NCBI GenBank assembly: GCA_965248055.1
Contig: CBDFIJ010000004.1
Span: forward strand, 2,464,001 to 2,528,000
Direction: 5' to 3'
From: Candidatus Multivoradales bacterium
GTDB lineage: Bacteria; Acidobacteriota; Thermoanaerobaculia; Multivoradales; JAHEKO01
Length of the DNA: 64,000 bases
The position numbers and the translations under genes were made by a program. Below are positions 50,133 through 62,068 of the stretch, one piece after another; the first letter of the stretch is position 1; the number at the start of each line of letters is the position of its first letter. Below the pieces are notes generated by a model. It worked only from the letters and a program-made list of their open reading frames with translations. It did not search any database and had not been told where the DNA came from.

Positions 50133-51473
50133 ATGATTGTATTGGACGATCGAAGCAGTGAATCGGGTCCGTCGATCCGTTTGGATGAAGGCGTGGGTCT
50201 CTCCCCCGCCAAGATCCAGGTGATCGGCATCGGAGGTGCTGGTGGTAACGCAGTCAATCGAATGATCGATGCCGAGTTGTCGGGGATCGAGTTCATCGCC
50301 GCGAATACCGACATTCAGGCACTAGACAAGTGCCGAGCACAGGGAAAACTGCAGCTCGGCCCCAACTTAACCCGTGGCTTGGGTGCCGGAGGTGATCCAG
50401 ACGTCGGGCGCCAATCGGCGCTTGAAGACACCGACCGCATCTTGGAGCAACTGGAAGGATCCGATATGGTCTTTCTCACCGCTGGGCTGGGAGGCGGAAC
50501 CGGCACCGGGGCTGCGCCCATCTTGGCGTCTTTGGCCTCCGAGATCGGCGCGTTGACGGTCGCGGTGGTAACTCAACCGTTTTCGTTTGAGGGACGCCGT
50601 CGGGCCAAGCTTGCCGAGCAAGGTTTGGAAGAGTTGCGCAATGCGGTGGACACCGTCATTGCCATCCCCAACGAGCGCCTGCTGTCCTTTGTCGATCGCG
50701 GCACTCCCCTCACCGAAGCGTTTCGCATTGCCGACGACGTCTTGCGTCAAGCGGTGCAGGGGATCAGTGACTTGATCACCACTCCGGGTGAGGTCAACGT
50801 CGATTTTGCCGACGTCAAATCGATTATGAAGGGCATGGGTATGGCGCTGATGGGCACCGGAATCGCCAAGGGCGAAAACCGAGCTCTGGAAGCGGCACAG
50901 CGTGCCATTTCCTCGCCGCTCCTGGAAGACACTTCGATCGATGGCGCCAAGGGTGTCTTGATCAACATTTCCGGTGGCGCAGACCTGGCGTTACACGAGA
51001 TGGCGGAAGCTGCCAAGATTGTCGCCGACGCCGTGGATGCGGACGCCAACATAATCACCGGCATGGTGGTCGATCCCGAGATGGATGACGAAATGAAGGT
51101 AACGGTGATCGCCACTGGATTCAACCGGCCGACCGATGGCGCCAAACCGTGGCTCCAGTCTCGGGTGACCGCGGTGGTTGAGCCGGAGCCGGTTGCCGTT
51201 ACAGAGCCGCTGTTCGAGTTGGAACATCCGGCCGTTGAAATGAGCGGTGAGATGACCAATGAGGTGGCTCAGGAGGAAGATTCTGTGGTCGAAATCGACC
51301 AACCTCAAGTCTATTTGAGACCAGAGAGTCACGAGGTCGAACGCGAAGAGAAGGTGCCGTTTTACAAGAAAGCGCTTGCTCACATGCACGGTGACGACGA
51401 AGGTTTCGGTCCCAACTGGAAGAGTGTCGACGACTACGACATCCCGACAGTGCTACGCAAGAACATGGACTAG
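50133..51473 (+). CDS. ftsZ: Cell division protein FtsZ
   Basis: [22 protein letters not shown]-terminal DIPTVLRK. Confidence 0.98.
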   Translation: MIVLDDRSSESGPSIRLDEGVGLSPAKIQVIGIGGAGGNAVNRMIDAELSGIEFIAANTDIQALDKCRAQGKLQLGPNLTRGLGAGGDPDVGRQSALEDTDRILEQLEGSDMVFLTAGLGGGTGTGAAPILASLASEIGALTVAVVTQPFSFEGRRRAKLAEQGLEELRNAVDTVIAIPNERLLSFVDRGTPLTEAFRIADDVLRQAVQGISDLITTPGEVNVDFADVKSIMKGMGMALMGTGIAKGENRALEAAQRAISSPLLEDTSIDGAKGVLINISGGADLALHEMAEAAKIVADAVDADANIITGMVVDPEMDDEMKVTVIATGFNRPTDGAKPWLQSRVTAVVEPEPVAVTEPLFELEHPAVEMSGEMTNEVAQEEDSVVEIDQPQVYLRPESHEVEREEKVPFYKKALAHMHGDDEGFGPNWKSVDDYDIPTVLRKNMD

Positions 51474-51495
51474 GGGTCCAATCGATCGTCCAAGA

Positions 51496-51528
51496 GCCCC
51501 GGGGAAGTCCTCGGGGCGCATCTTTATC
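51496..51528 (+). terminator. GC-rich hairpin after ftsZ (possible terminator)
   Basis: gccccgggg-aagt-cctcggggc followed by a weak U-rich tail. Confidence 0.45.
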
Positions 51529-51530
51529 TG

Positions 51531-52103
51531 ATGACTTTTCAAACCTCAACTGAACGCAGACTGTGGACTACTGCGGCGGTTCTCCAGACGGCGATTTATC
51601 TCAGTCTCAGTCTGGGCGACAACGTTGTTCGCTTTTTGCGCGACAATGGGTTGTTACAACCGGTGGTTGTCATTGTTCTGTTGGCTTGTGCTCTGGCAGC
51701 AGGTAGGCTGATACAAAGCGCCAATATGGGCCGGAGAGCTTGGATCGTTGCTGGACTCATGGTCGGGGTCTACGCCCTCGTACTTGCCAATGTTCATCGA
51801 CCGGAAGAGAAACTCCACATTGTGGAGTACGGTGCCATCACCGGCCTTATTTTTGAGGCGCTACGCCACCGCAACCTGCCTGGAGGTCGCTTGTGGGTAC
51901 CCTTTGTCGTGGCAGCACTCGCGGGTTCGGTGCTGGGCTTGCTCGACGAAGGAATCCAATTTCTGCTTCCGGATCGGGTGGGCGAGTTCTCCGACGCAGT
52001 GCTGAATTTTGGTGCTGCTGTGCTCGCCGCGACTAGCCTACTGTTACTTCACTGGACTTCAGAGCTTTCGCAAGAATCTCGCTCAAAGAATTCACCCCAG
52101 TGA
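51531..52103 (+). CDS. VanZ-family membrane protein
   Basis: EKLHIVEYG, DEGIQFLLPDR, DAVLN motifs. Confidence 0.85.
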   Translation: MTFQTSTERRLWTTAAVLQTAIYLSLSLGDNVVRFLRDNGLLQPVVVIVLLACALAAGRLIQSANMGRRAWIVAGLMVGVYALVLANVHRPEEKLHIVEYGAITGLIFEALRHRNLPGGRLWVPFVVAALAGSVLGLLDEGIQFLLPDRVGEFSDAVLNFGAAVLAATSLLLLHWTSELSQESRSKNSPQ

Positions 52104-53230
52104 ATCCACTCCAAAGCCACCAATCTCGGAAGCCTGGCCGTTCGCGGTACTGGTTCAACTCTTGGGTACCAGACCCTTGACCCGCCAGCAAGGCGACAAT
52201 AACTGCTAATGGCAAAAAAACGATCATAGTGGTAGCCCACAGGAAAGATGAAGAAAATCATCAGTGACACCGGGAACGTGAGTAAAGAGAGCCACGCGGT
52301 CTGTCGCCGTTGAGTCGCCCACCAAACGGCAAGAAGGGCGGCCCCGAAGGACAGCACGCCGGTGACAAAAACCAGATTCAGAACTGCGTCGCGCAGCAAC
52401 TCGAAAGAGCCTGACAAGGTTCGAGAGTAAAGGGCGAACCGCTCGGTATCTGGGCCCAAGATTACGGCTAAGTGTTGGCGAAACCCGGTCGGCGCCCAGA
52501 GTTCGTGAATCAGGGCGAACGCTGTGGCACACACCACGATCGACAACAGAATTCGGCGGTCGAACAGCACGGTAGCCCAGCTTCTTGGGTTGGTCCCCTT
52601 GAATCGCACCAAGCTAACGAGAAGCACCAATGTTGGGACTATGTAGAGTGCGATTGCTTGATCTTTGGTCACTCCAGCGAGTGTTGCCGTGAGCGCAAAC
52701 GGCAGATAGTCGCGCAGCCGGTGCTGACGGAGAATTCTGACAAAGAAAAATAACGATGCGGTAAACCACATCAAATACGGTGCTTCCAGGTTAGCCAGTT
52801 TGCTGTAGTACACCATCACCGGCGAAAGCCCGTAGATGGCAGCGGCTAGTAGGGCGCCAGCAGCTGATGGGAAGAGTTGTCGATAGGTGGCGACAATCAG
52901 CACCAGTGTGATCAACGCCATCGCGACACTGATCAGGCGAGCGGCCAGCTGTCGCCGCCGGTTGAGTTGATGGGGTTCGAGATCGGTCGGCGAAAACTGA
53001 TCCACCAACCAATACCCAGCGTTGACTATCCGATAGTGAAGCGGCGGATAGCGGCCATGGAAACGATCCATCGCGGTGTATCCGCGGTGATACGGGGTCA
53101 GCTCATCGTGAGCCCAACTTTCAGCGCGCTTTGTGGGCAGGCCCCAATCGATTCCAATCAAATAAAACAACGAACAGAAGACCAAGATGACCGTCAACTT
53201 GGGGCCAAGATCTTGAGTTCGAGCCTGCAT
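52049..53230 (-). CDS. GT-C (ArnT/PMT-like) glycosyltransferase, frameshifted or truncated near the C-terminus
   Basis: WGLP..WAHDE, YPPLH, ARLISV, K.Q motif and many TM helices; the hydrophobic reading continues in another frame after a T7 run. Confidence 0.75.
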   Translation of the reverse strand: MQARTQDLGPKLTVILVFCSLFYLIGIDWGLPTKRAESWAHDELTPYHRGYTAMDRFHGRYPPLHYRIVNAGYWLVDQFSPTDLEPHQLNRRRQLAARLISVAMALITLVLIVATYRQLFPSAAGALLAAAIYGLSPVMVYYSKLANLEAPYLMWFTASLFFFVRILRQHRLRDYLPFALTATLAGVTKDQAIALYIVPTLVLLVSLVRFKGTNPRSWATVLFDRRILLSIVVCATAFALIHELWAPTGFRQHLAVILGPDTERFALYSRTLSGSFELLRDAVLNLVFVTGVLSFGAALLAVWWATQRRQTAWLSLLTFPVSLMIFFIFPVGYHYDRFFAISSYCRLAGGSRVWYPRVEPVPRTARLPRLVALEWIHWGEFFERDSCESSEVQ

Positions 53231-53233
53231 CGA

Positions 53234-54833
<1,600 letters not shown>

Positions 54834-54954
54834 GTAGTAGAGATTGTACCCGACCTATGGTCTTGAAGTACCCGAACCGGTCCCAGATCGATGGCTCGTG
54901 GTGCCGGTAGATTTGCTAGCTAGCGCTGAGATTGCGGACGCGGATGAGGAAGAC

Positions 54955-55677
54955 TTATCTCGAAGCTCCAACTTCGAGAGCATTACTAGGCAATAGTCGT
55001 TTAAACCTTGACGAGAAAGGGAGGTAGCAAATACTAAACAGCAGTAGGCCGGCGAAATTGACGACGATCAGGTACCACGGCCAAGGGCCGAAATAGTCAA
55101 ATGGGGTCGCCCCCAGAGGCTTCTGGCTGAGAAACAAATAGTTGGTGTTGTAGGCCAAGTTGACCGGCGCTGCGATCGCCCCCATTCCCCAAGTCGCTAT
55201 CAAGGCCCACAGGATCGACTTTGCCCTCGGTCGCATGCCAAGAATGAATATCGCCACTGCAATCCCCAAGATCGGCAGCCCGTGGCCGATAAAAAATGAG
55301 AAAAACGCAAAGCTGGGAAATCCGGATTGCAGATCCGGCGTATGCAGCGACATGGTGGCTCCAGAGGCCACCCAGAAATAGTTGATTTGAAACACGCGGT
55401 CACTTTCAAACCATAGAACGATCGCCGTCAACAGCACCGACATGCCGCACAAATGGAGCGGTAACAGTTTCGGCCACGACTCGCCCAGCTTCCATCGCCA
55501 CAAGGTTTCAACAGATCGATAGAGCACCAGCACCACCGCCAGAATGCGAGGTGCTGAGGTTCTCCAACCCATCGGTATCCTTTGTATCCAGTAGACGATG
55601 ATGCCGATGATCGCGAACGTGGCCGCTGTTGCGACCAAGTGTTGAACGCTAAATGCCTGGAACTGCGATGCAGTCAC
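54955..55677 (-). CDS. YwaF/TIGR02206-like integral membrane protein
   Basis: F.FS..H, LPLHLC, TPDL, FFIGH, NYLFL..KP, GPWPWY. Confidence 0.9.
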   Translation of the reverse strand: MTASQFQAFSVQHLVATAATFAIIGIIVYWIQRIPMGWRTSAPRILAVVLVLYRSVETLWRWKLGESWPKLLPLHLCGMSVLLTAIVLWFESDRVFQINYFWVASGATMSLHTPDLQSGFPSFAFFSFFIGHGLPILGIAVAIFILGMRPRAKSILWALIATWGMGAIAAPVNLAYNTNYLFLSQKPLGATPFDYFGPWPWYLIVVNFAGLLLFSICYLPFSSRFKRLLPSNALEVGASR

Positions 55678-55793
55678 GAGCGAGATTCTACAGAAGTGGG
55701 TTGTGGCGATGCTTGGAATGGGTGCGTGAGGACGACGTGTTGCCGCACAAATTCCATGGACTGCCTGACAGCGGGGTCATAGACTGCGCTGTG

Positions 55794-57875
55794 ATGTGGA
55801 CCTATCGTGACGCCCAGCTCCACTATGCGTGGATGAAGCTTGCCCGAGACTTGGACGCGCGTTTCGAGTCTCTATTGCTGACTGGCAGAGTCGCCAAGTG
55901 GTACAGCCAAGTGGGCAATGAAGCGACCACCGTCGCCGCCGGAATGTCGCTGGAGTTCGGAGATACCCTGGTGTCTTTGCATCGCGACTTGGGTGCCATT
56001 CTTGCGATCTACCTCGACCCGGACCGAACGTTTCCCGGGATCGGATTTCCCAGCCAACAACACAAACCGGCGCCAGAAGATCTGCTGTATCGACTGGCGT
56101 GTCAGCTGTTGGGTCGTGACGACGGCTTTTCCCACGGCATTGAGCGTTCTTTCCACTATCAGTACGCCAATACTGAAGCCGGAATCGACCACGTCGGCAT
56201 GATCAGCCATTTGGGGGCGATGATTCCAGTGGCGGCAGGGGCTGCTTTTGCGCACCAGCAGAGGCGAAACGGTCGGGTCGCGATGAACTTCATCGGCGAC
56301 GGGGGAACTTCCACCGGTGATTTTCACGAAGCCCTTAATATGGCGGGCGTCTGGCGCCTTCCCTTGGTCTTGGTGGTCGAGAACAACGGCTATGCGTTTT
56401 CTACCCCGACTCGACTTCAGTACGCCTGTGAACGGTTGAGTGACCGGGCCCTCGGCTATGGAATCGCCGGGGCCACGGTGGATGGTAACGACCCACAAGC
56501 GATGTCACTGGCTACCCAAGAAGCAGTTGGCCGCGCCCGGGGTGGGGGTGGCCCGACCCTGATCGAGGCGATGCTTGGGCGCATGAAAGGGCACAGCGAA
56601 GGAGACGACTCGCTCAAGGTCGTGCCAAGGGACGATTTATCTCGCTACCAAGCACAAGATCCGGTTCCGGCGATGCGCAAGCGATTGCTTGCTGAGGGAA
56701 TGGATGACGCGCTGTTGCAGCGGATCGAAGCCAGAGTCTCCGACTTGGTGGAAACCAGCCTCGGTCGAGCACTCGAAGCACAACCGCCCGACCCCGGGCG
56801 TGCGACGGTTGAAGTTTTTGCCCCAATGGCTTCGCTCGAGCCCGAGACCTCACTGGAACTCGAAACAGACCACGGGGCAGGGATCGATGCTTCGGCTGGA
56901 GTCTCTGCAGCGACTAGCTATGTCGATGCGATCGCCGGCGCGCTAAGGGATGAGTTGGAGGGGGATCCGACCTTGGTCTTGATGGGCCAGGATATTGCCG
57001 AATTTGAAGGGGCCTTCCGGGTCACCCGGGGTCTCTACGATCGCTGGCCGGAACGTATTCGAGACACGCCGATCGCTGAAAGCGGCACGCTGGGAATCGC
57101 CATCGGCTGTGCCTTGGCGGGCATTCCGGTGGTGGTCGAGATGCAGTTTGCCGACTTTGTCACCTGTGGCTTCAACCAGATCGTCAACGTCGCCGCCAAG
57201 ACCTACTATCGCTGGCAGCGCCGGTGTCCGATCGTGGTGCGGCTACCTTCCGGTGGTGGGGTCGGGGCTGGCCCTTTTCATTCGCAGAATCCCGAGGCCT
57301 GGTTCGCCCACGTGGCGGGGCTCAAGGTGGTCTGTCCCGCGACCGCCGCCGATGCTGGCAATTTGCTGCGATCGGCCATCCGCGACCCTAACCCGGTGAT
57401 CTTTCTGGAGCACAAGTACCTCTATCGGCGGATCAAAGAAGTGTTGCCAACCACGCCTGAGATTGAGTCGTTGGGCCAGGCTCGCGTGGTGCGAGAAGGC
57501 CACGACGTGAGCTTGATCGCCTACGGCTCAGCGGTTTGGTGGTGCCAAGACGCGGCCGATGAGTTGGCGGAGGAAGGCATCAACGCCGAAGTTGTTGACC
57601 TACGATCACTAGTGCCGCTGGACGAACAAACAATTCTGGCGTCGGTGCAAAAGACCGGGCGAGCGGTTGTGGTCCATGAAGCGCAACGAACCGGCGGGTT
57701 CGGTGGCGAGGTGGCAGCATTAATCGCCGAGAAGGCATTTGCTTGGCTCGACGCCCCGGTGGAGCGAGTGGCCTACCCGGATCGACCCGTGCCCTATGCG
57801 AAGAATCTAGAAAAACAACTCTTGCCGCAGGGGGGTGATGTTGCTGCTACGGCTCGTCGTGTGTTGAGTTGGTGA
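55794..57875 (+). CDS. Fused E1 alpha/beta 2-oxoacid dehydrogenase
   Basis: ThDP motif GDGG..ENN, GHS, beta-subunit DTPIAE, EMQFADF, GPFHSQ, VDLRSLVPLD. Confidence 0.93.
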   Translation: MWTYRDAQLHYAWMKLARDLDARFESLLLTGRVAKWYSQVGNEATTVAAGMSLEFGDTLVSLHRDLGAILAIYLDPDRTFPGIGFPSQQHKPAPEDLLYRLACQLLGRDDGFSHGIERSFHYQYANTEAGIDHVGMISHLGAMIPVAAGAAFAHQQRRNGRVAMNFIGDGGTSTGDFHEALNMAGVWRLPLVLVVENNGYAFSTPTRLQYACERLSDRALGYGIAGATVDGNDPQAMSLATQEAVGRARGGGGPTLIEAMLGRMKGHSEGDDSLKVVPRDDLSRYQAQDPVPAMRKRLLAEGMDDALLQRIEARVSDLVETSLGRALEAQPPDPGRATVEVFAPMASLEPETSLELETDHGAGIDASAGVSAATSYVDAIAGALRDELEGDPTLVLMGQDIAEFEGAFRVTRGLYDRWPERIRDTPIAESGTLGIAIGCALAGIPVVVEMQFADFVTCGFNQIVNVAAKTYYRWQRRCPIVVRLPSGGGVGAGPFHSQNPEAWFAHVAGLKVVCPATAADAGNLLRSAIRDPNPVIFLEHKYLYRRIKEVLPTTPEIESLGQARVVREGHDVSLIAYGSAVWWCQDAADELAEEGINAEVVDLRSLVPLDEQTILASVQKTGRAVVVHEAQRTGGFGGEVAALIAEKAFAWLDAPVERVAYPDRPVPYAKNLEKQLLPQGGDVAATARRVLSW

Positions 57876-57883
57876 TCTGGTTT

Positions 57884-58825
57884 TCAGAACTTGAGGTTGA
57901 CGGTGGTTACCGCATTTGTCTTTCGCCCGGTCTTGGGGTCTTTAGGTATTTCATAGCGCCACTCGGAGAGTGCCTTTCTCACCGGTTTATCGAGTCTCTT
58001 GTCAGTCGAGTCCACAATAGAGACATTGATCACCTTTCCATTGCGACCGATGGTGATCGCGGCAGACACTTCGCCGGTGATTCCCTCGACTTCTGGCTCG
58101 ACAGAGTGGAGAAGCTTGAGTTGTAGGTTGCCACCTCGCTTGCACTGTCCGCCCAACGAGAAATTCACCGTTAGGGTATAAATAACGTCAATCGGTCTGC
58201 CGTCCGGAGTGTGAGCAGGTTGATACTTCCAACGCCTTACGGCCTGCCTCGCGGCCGCTCCCAAACCAGCAGGAAGGTCTTTGAGAGTGCGTACACTCGT
58301 AACGTCACCTTGTTTGTTGATGATCGACTCGAGGATTACGAGTCCCTCGACGCATGCGATGCGGGCTTCTTTGGTGTAGACGGGATCGGGTGATCGCAAT
58401 TTCTTCGGCGGACGAATTTCCCCCCCGACGCGGACAACTCCGGTTTTTTTTTGGGGACACGGGTTTTCAAAGCGGACTGCGACCGGCAGGTTGACTTCCA
58501 CCGCTTCCCCTGATGAGCGAAGGCGACCCGGCTGATAGAGCCATTCCTGTACCGTCTCTTTAGCAATTTGATCCATCCCGAAGTGTGCGTCGTCCACTAC
58601 TACCACGTCTCCGACCGAACCGTCTTTTTGAACCACGATCAGCAGTGTGACCACGCCGGTAATGCAGAGATTGCGAGCCTCAGGGGGATAGGCGGGAGCA
58701 TCTCCAGCAACGCGTTGTGGAGGCTCAATCCTTGCGTCGTCCACTTCGTATAGATCGGCTGCGAGCAGTGGACAGCTCGCAAACATAAGGGCCAAACCCC
58801 AACCAACCCAGGGTTGTTTGGACAC
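57884..58825 (-). CDS. Exported protein with three TonB C-terminal domains
   Basis: PAYPPEAR..G.V..DGSV..WLYQP; PVYTKEAR..G.V..QGDV..WKYQP; a third shorter copy ..NGKV..WRYE. Confidence 0.85.
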   Translation of the reverse strand: MSKQPWVGWGLALMFASCPLLAADLYEVDDARIEPPQRVAGDAPAYPPEARNLCITGVVTLLIVVQKDGSVGDVVVVDDAHFGMDQIAKETVQEWLYQPGRLRSSGEAVEVNLPVAVRFENPCPQKKTGVVRVGGEIRPPKKLRSPDPVYTKEARIACVEGLVILESIINKQGDVTSVRTLKDLPAGLGAAARQAVRRWKYQPAHTPDGRPIDVIYTLTVNFSLGGQCKRGGNLQLKLLHSVEPEVEGITGEVSAAITIGRNGKVINVSIVDSTDKRLDKPVRKALSEWRYEIPKDPKTGRKTNAVTTVNLKF

Positions 58826-58826
58826 G

Positions 58827-59186
58827 CTACTTGTACGAAGCCAGATAGGCAGCGGCGAACGGCAGCAGGGGTAGAACCCACAACAGCGGCTTGGCTACGC
58901 CAGGGCTGCGGCGGATCCAGAACGGGATGATCCCGAGGATGATCCAAATCACCAACTTCATCCATACCCAACTTGGAATTCCATGAATTCCCAGCCGCGC
59001 CAGCATGCCGAAACCGGCGACGATCATCAGGATCATGCCGACGCCGTGCAGCGCCATCAGGGTACTTTTCTGACTGCTCTCGGCAGTTTTGTGGCCGCTG
59101 GCAACCAGGGCGAGCATGCCTCCCAGAGCAACCAAGACGGCGGCGAGGCCGAGGATGTGGATCAGGCTGTAGGTGGCTAAGCTCAT
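58827..59186 (-). CDS. Small four-TM membrane protein (SirB2/DUF2269-like)
   Basis: Y..IH, HGVG, GFGMLA, PSWVWMKL; AAGGAG RBS. Confidence 0.65.
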   Translation of the reverse strand: MSLATYSLIHILGLAAVLVALGGMLALVASGHKTAESSQKSTLMALHGVGMILMIVAGFGMLARLGIHGIPSWVWMKLVIWIILGIIPFWIRRSPGVAKPLLWVLPLLPFAAAYLASYK

Positions 59187-59331
59187 GGATGCGGCTCCTT
59201 TTTTTGCTGGATCTCTGTTGGCTTGAAACGGGTTCGTTTGAGGGGCGGACTGCAGGTTATCAATCGACGGTCTATCGGTAACGCTGATTCGCCGAGATTC
59301 TTTTCGATGGTTGTGCAGGTACCCACCGGGG

Positions 59332-61257
59332 TTACATCTGCTCCGGCAGTTCAATGCCGAGTAGGTCGCTCAGCACGCTCATCCCACGCTCAAAGGCTTG
59401 AAACGCCGCGATCCGAAGATTGCGCAGATCATCATCGGCTTCTTGCAACACCGGGTGGCGGTGGTAGGCGGCGTTGAACTTCTGGGCCAATTCCACCGCG
59501 TGCCGAGCGATGGTCGAGATTTCATACGGTGGTGTGGCTGCATCGGCAACCACCGAAGGAATTCTCGCCACGGTGACCACCAGATCCCACAGATCGTCAT
59601 GTTGGTTCCAGGTTTCAGAGGGGATTTGTGCGATCTCCTGGTCGGAGGGCTGGGCAATACTGGCTGCCTGAAGCTTCTTACGAATATTGCGAGCACGAAC
59701 CACCGAATATTGCAGGTAGGGACCAGTTTCACCTTCAAAAGCAAGCGCATCGTCCAGATCAAACGCGATCACCCGGGTGGTGGTCGCTTTGGCCATGAAA
59801 AACCGCAAGGCGGCGACCGAGATCTGGTGCGCCAGTTTCCTTTTTGCTTCCGGGCCTAGTTCTGACCCTCGCAGGTCGAGTTCCGCGGAACTCTTGGCAA
59901 TCAATTGGTCGATCAGGTCATCGGCCTTGACGCCGATTCCCTTGCGGCCCGACATCTCGACACTGCCGCCTGAGGTTGAAATGCCCATCGACTCGGCGGT
60001 TACCGCCGACAGCGAGACCATTTCGTAGGCGAAGTGAAAAGACTCCTTGGCCTCCTGCTCGTGACCCAATGCCTCTAATCCGGCGCGAACAATCTTTTGC
60101 AGGTAGCTCTGGCGAGCATCGATGACATTGACCACATGGTCTCCGCCACCGAATTTGGGGTCAGCTGGCGATTGGCCTTCGGGCTGGCCATGATCGGTTC
60201 TCCAGACTCCTTGGTCGGTCCAGTTCAAATACTGGAAGTCCAAGCCCAGAAGTCCAAATTTCCACAACTGGTAGGCGATGTCTTTGCCGACATAGGTGAC
60301 GGTGCCGTCCGAGCGCACGATGACCTTGTCTGGATCCTCGAGACCTTTGAATTCCTCACTCTCGCTGAGCGGCATGACCCAACAGCCAGCGTTCTTACCG
60401 TCGGCCTCAAGGTGAATCGTGCCCGCCTGTTTGAGGCGTTCGAAGGCGCGGGCAAAAAAATCCAGCGCCAAGATGTCGCTCTCGCGAGTCAGCAGGTCGT
60501 ATTCGATGCCCAGCCTTCGCATGGTGGTCAGGTGGCGGCCTACAACCCGCTCAGCGATTGCTCGCCCTACGTCGGCGCGCGGACCCGATCCAGATTCCAA
60601 CTGATGCAGAGTGGTACTGCGAAGTCTCTGGCGTTCGGGGTCTTCAGCGAACCACTCTCCTACGCGGGCATAGAGATCCCAGCAATAGAAGTCGAAAGGC
60701 TCCGGAATCGCTGCAATTTCTGCCGCAGGCATCTCCGAGAGATCGAGAAATCCAACCACCACATCGGCAACTTGCACGCCGGTGTCGTCGATGTAGTTTT
60801 CGACTTCTACCCGGTGCCCAACGGCGCGCAGCAGGCGACCAAGGATGTCCCCGAGCACTGCGTTGCGCAGATGACCGATGTGGGCGGCTTTGTTGGGGTT
60901 GATATTGGTGTGCTCGACGATGATGCGGCGCGCGTTGGGTGTCGAGTACGCAAGTGAGTTTTTCAGTACTTGAGGAGCTAGCGCGGCGCGGTCATAAAAC
61001 AGGTTGAGATAGCCAGCCCCGGCGACTTCCAGGCGTCCGAGATCTTGGGGGACCGATACTTCCTGGCTGATGCTTTCGGCGATTTCCCGAGGTGGTTTTC
61101 GCAGTTCCCGTGCCAGGGATAATGCCACCGGGCTGGCCAGATCACCGAGATCTCGACTCGGGGGTAGCAAGACGGGTACCTCAAGTTCCAGCCCGTAGAG
61201 TCGTTGGATGGCCGACGAAAGCTGTTTTTCAAAGTCGCTTGCCCAGGTAGACCACAT
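59332..61257 (-). CDS. argS: Arginine--tRNA ligase
   Basis: EHTNINPNKAAHIGH, MSGRKG, GETGPYLQY, C-terminal PEQM. Confidence 0.96.
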   Translation of the reverse strand: MWSTWASDFEKQLSSAIQRLYGLELEVPVLLPPSRDLGDLASPVALSLARELRKPPREIAESISQEVSVPQDLGRLEVAGAGYLNLFYDRAALAPQVLKNSLAYSTPNARRIIVEHTNINPNKAAHIGHLRNAVLGDILGRLLRAVGHRVEVENYIDDTGVQVADVVVGFLDLSEMPAAEIAAIPEPFDFYCWDLYARVGEWFAEDPERQRLRSTTLHQLESGSGPRADVGRAIAERVVGRHLTTMRRLGIEYDLLTRESDILALDFFARAFERLKQAGTIHLEADGKNAGCWVMPLSESEEFKGLEDPDKVIVRSDGTVTYVGKDIAYQLWKFGLLGLDFQYLNWTDQGVWRTDHGQPEGQSPADPKFGGGDHVVNVIDARQSYLQKIVRAGLEALGHEQEAKESFHFAYEMVSLSAVTAESMGISTSGGSVEMSGRKGIGVKADDLIDQLIAKSSAELDLRGSELGPEAKRKLAHQISVAALRFFMAKATTTRVIAFDLDDALAFEGETGPYLQYSVVRARNIRKKLQAASIAQPSDQEIAQIPSETWNQHDDLWDLVVTVARIPSVVADAATPPYEISTIARHAVELAQKFNAAYHRHPVLQEADDDLRNLRIAAFQAFERGMSVLSDLLGIELPEQM

Positions 61258-61375
61258 TGGCGCAGAAGTCTAACCCAGGCATGGAGCCAACAACCAATGA
61301 GGAAGCGAATAGGGGGTGGGTTTTTGCACCCTGTGATCAGTGATAACATTGAAGGTCAGACTGTCGGAGGGTTGG

Positions 61376-61939
61376 ATGGCTCGAGAACAACTAAAAACAA
61401 AAGAAAATCGGATCACAATTCGGCTCGGGGACACCTTTATGGACCTGATCGAAGGTGACGTAACGACTTTAGAGGTCGATGCGATTGTCAATCCGGCGAA
61501 TGAAGACCTAATAATGGGCGGTGGACTCTCCGGCCAGATCTTGGAAAAAGGTGGAGAGTCGATCCAAAGAGAGTGTGACCGAATCGGTGGAACCGCGGTG
61601 GGAACTGCGGTGATTACCGGCTCTGGTGAATTGCCTCACAAGCACGTGATCCACGCTGTGGGTCCGCGTATGGGTGAAGGGGATGAAGATCGCAAACTCT
61701 CGTCTGCAGTTCGTGCTTGCTTGGCGCTGGCTGATCGACACGGCTTGGCTTCGGTTGCGGTGCCGGCAATTTCGACCGGGGTTTTTGGCTTCCCGATGAA
61801 TCGCTGCGCTCGGATTACGTTGACTGAGATTCATCGCTACCTGCAGGGTGGTACCAAGCTTCAGCGGGTGTCCGTGGTGCTGTTTGATGAAGACGCCTAT
61901 CAAAATTTTGCGCGCGAGCTGCGTCGGGGTTTTCGCTAG
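61376..61939 (+). CDS. Macro domain (ADP-ribose-binding) protein
   Basis: GDVT, DAIVNPAN, GGG, VIHAVGP, PAISTGVFGFP. Confidence 0.93.
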   Translation: MAREQLKTKENRITIRLGDTFMDLIEGDVTTLEVDAIVNPANEDLIMGGGLSGQILEKGGESIQRECDRIGGTAVGTAVITGSGELPHKHVIHAVGPRMGEGDEDRKLSSAVRACLALADRHGLASVAVPAISTGVFGFPMNRCARITLTEIHRYLQGGTKLQRVSVVLFDEDAYQNFARELRRGFR

Positions 61940-62068
61940 AGAACGTCGCTTCGCCGGTTGGCGAATCGTTGAGTCGGACCACAGGTAGCTAGATCTTTGG
62001 ATCCGATTACCGATCTACAAAGCAAGTCAGTACAGGTTGTGCTTGAGACCAAGCGTCTAGGAGGATGT

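Noticed and set aside
60097-60957. 286-aa ORF on the + strand
   Set aside because: Antisense shadow of argS.
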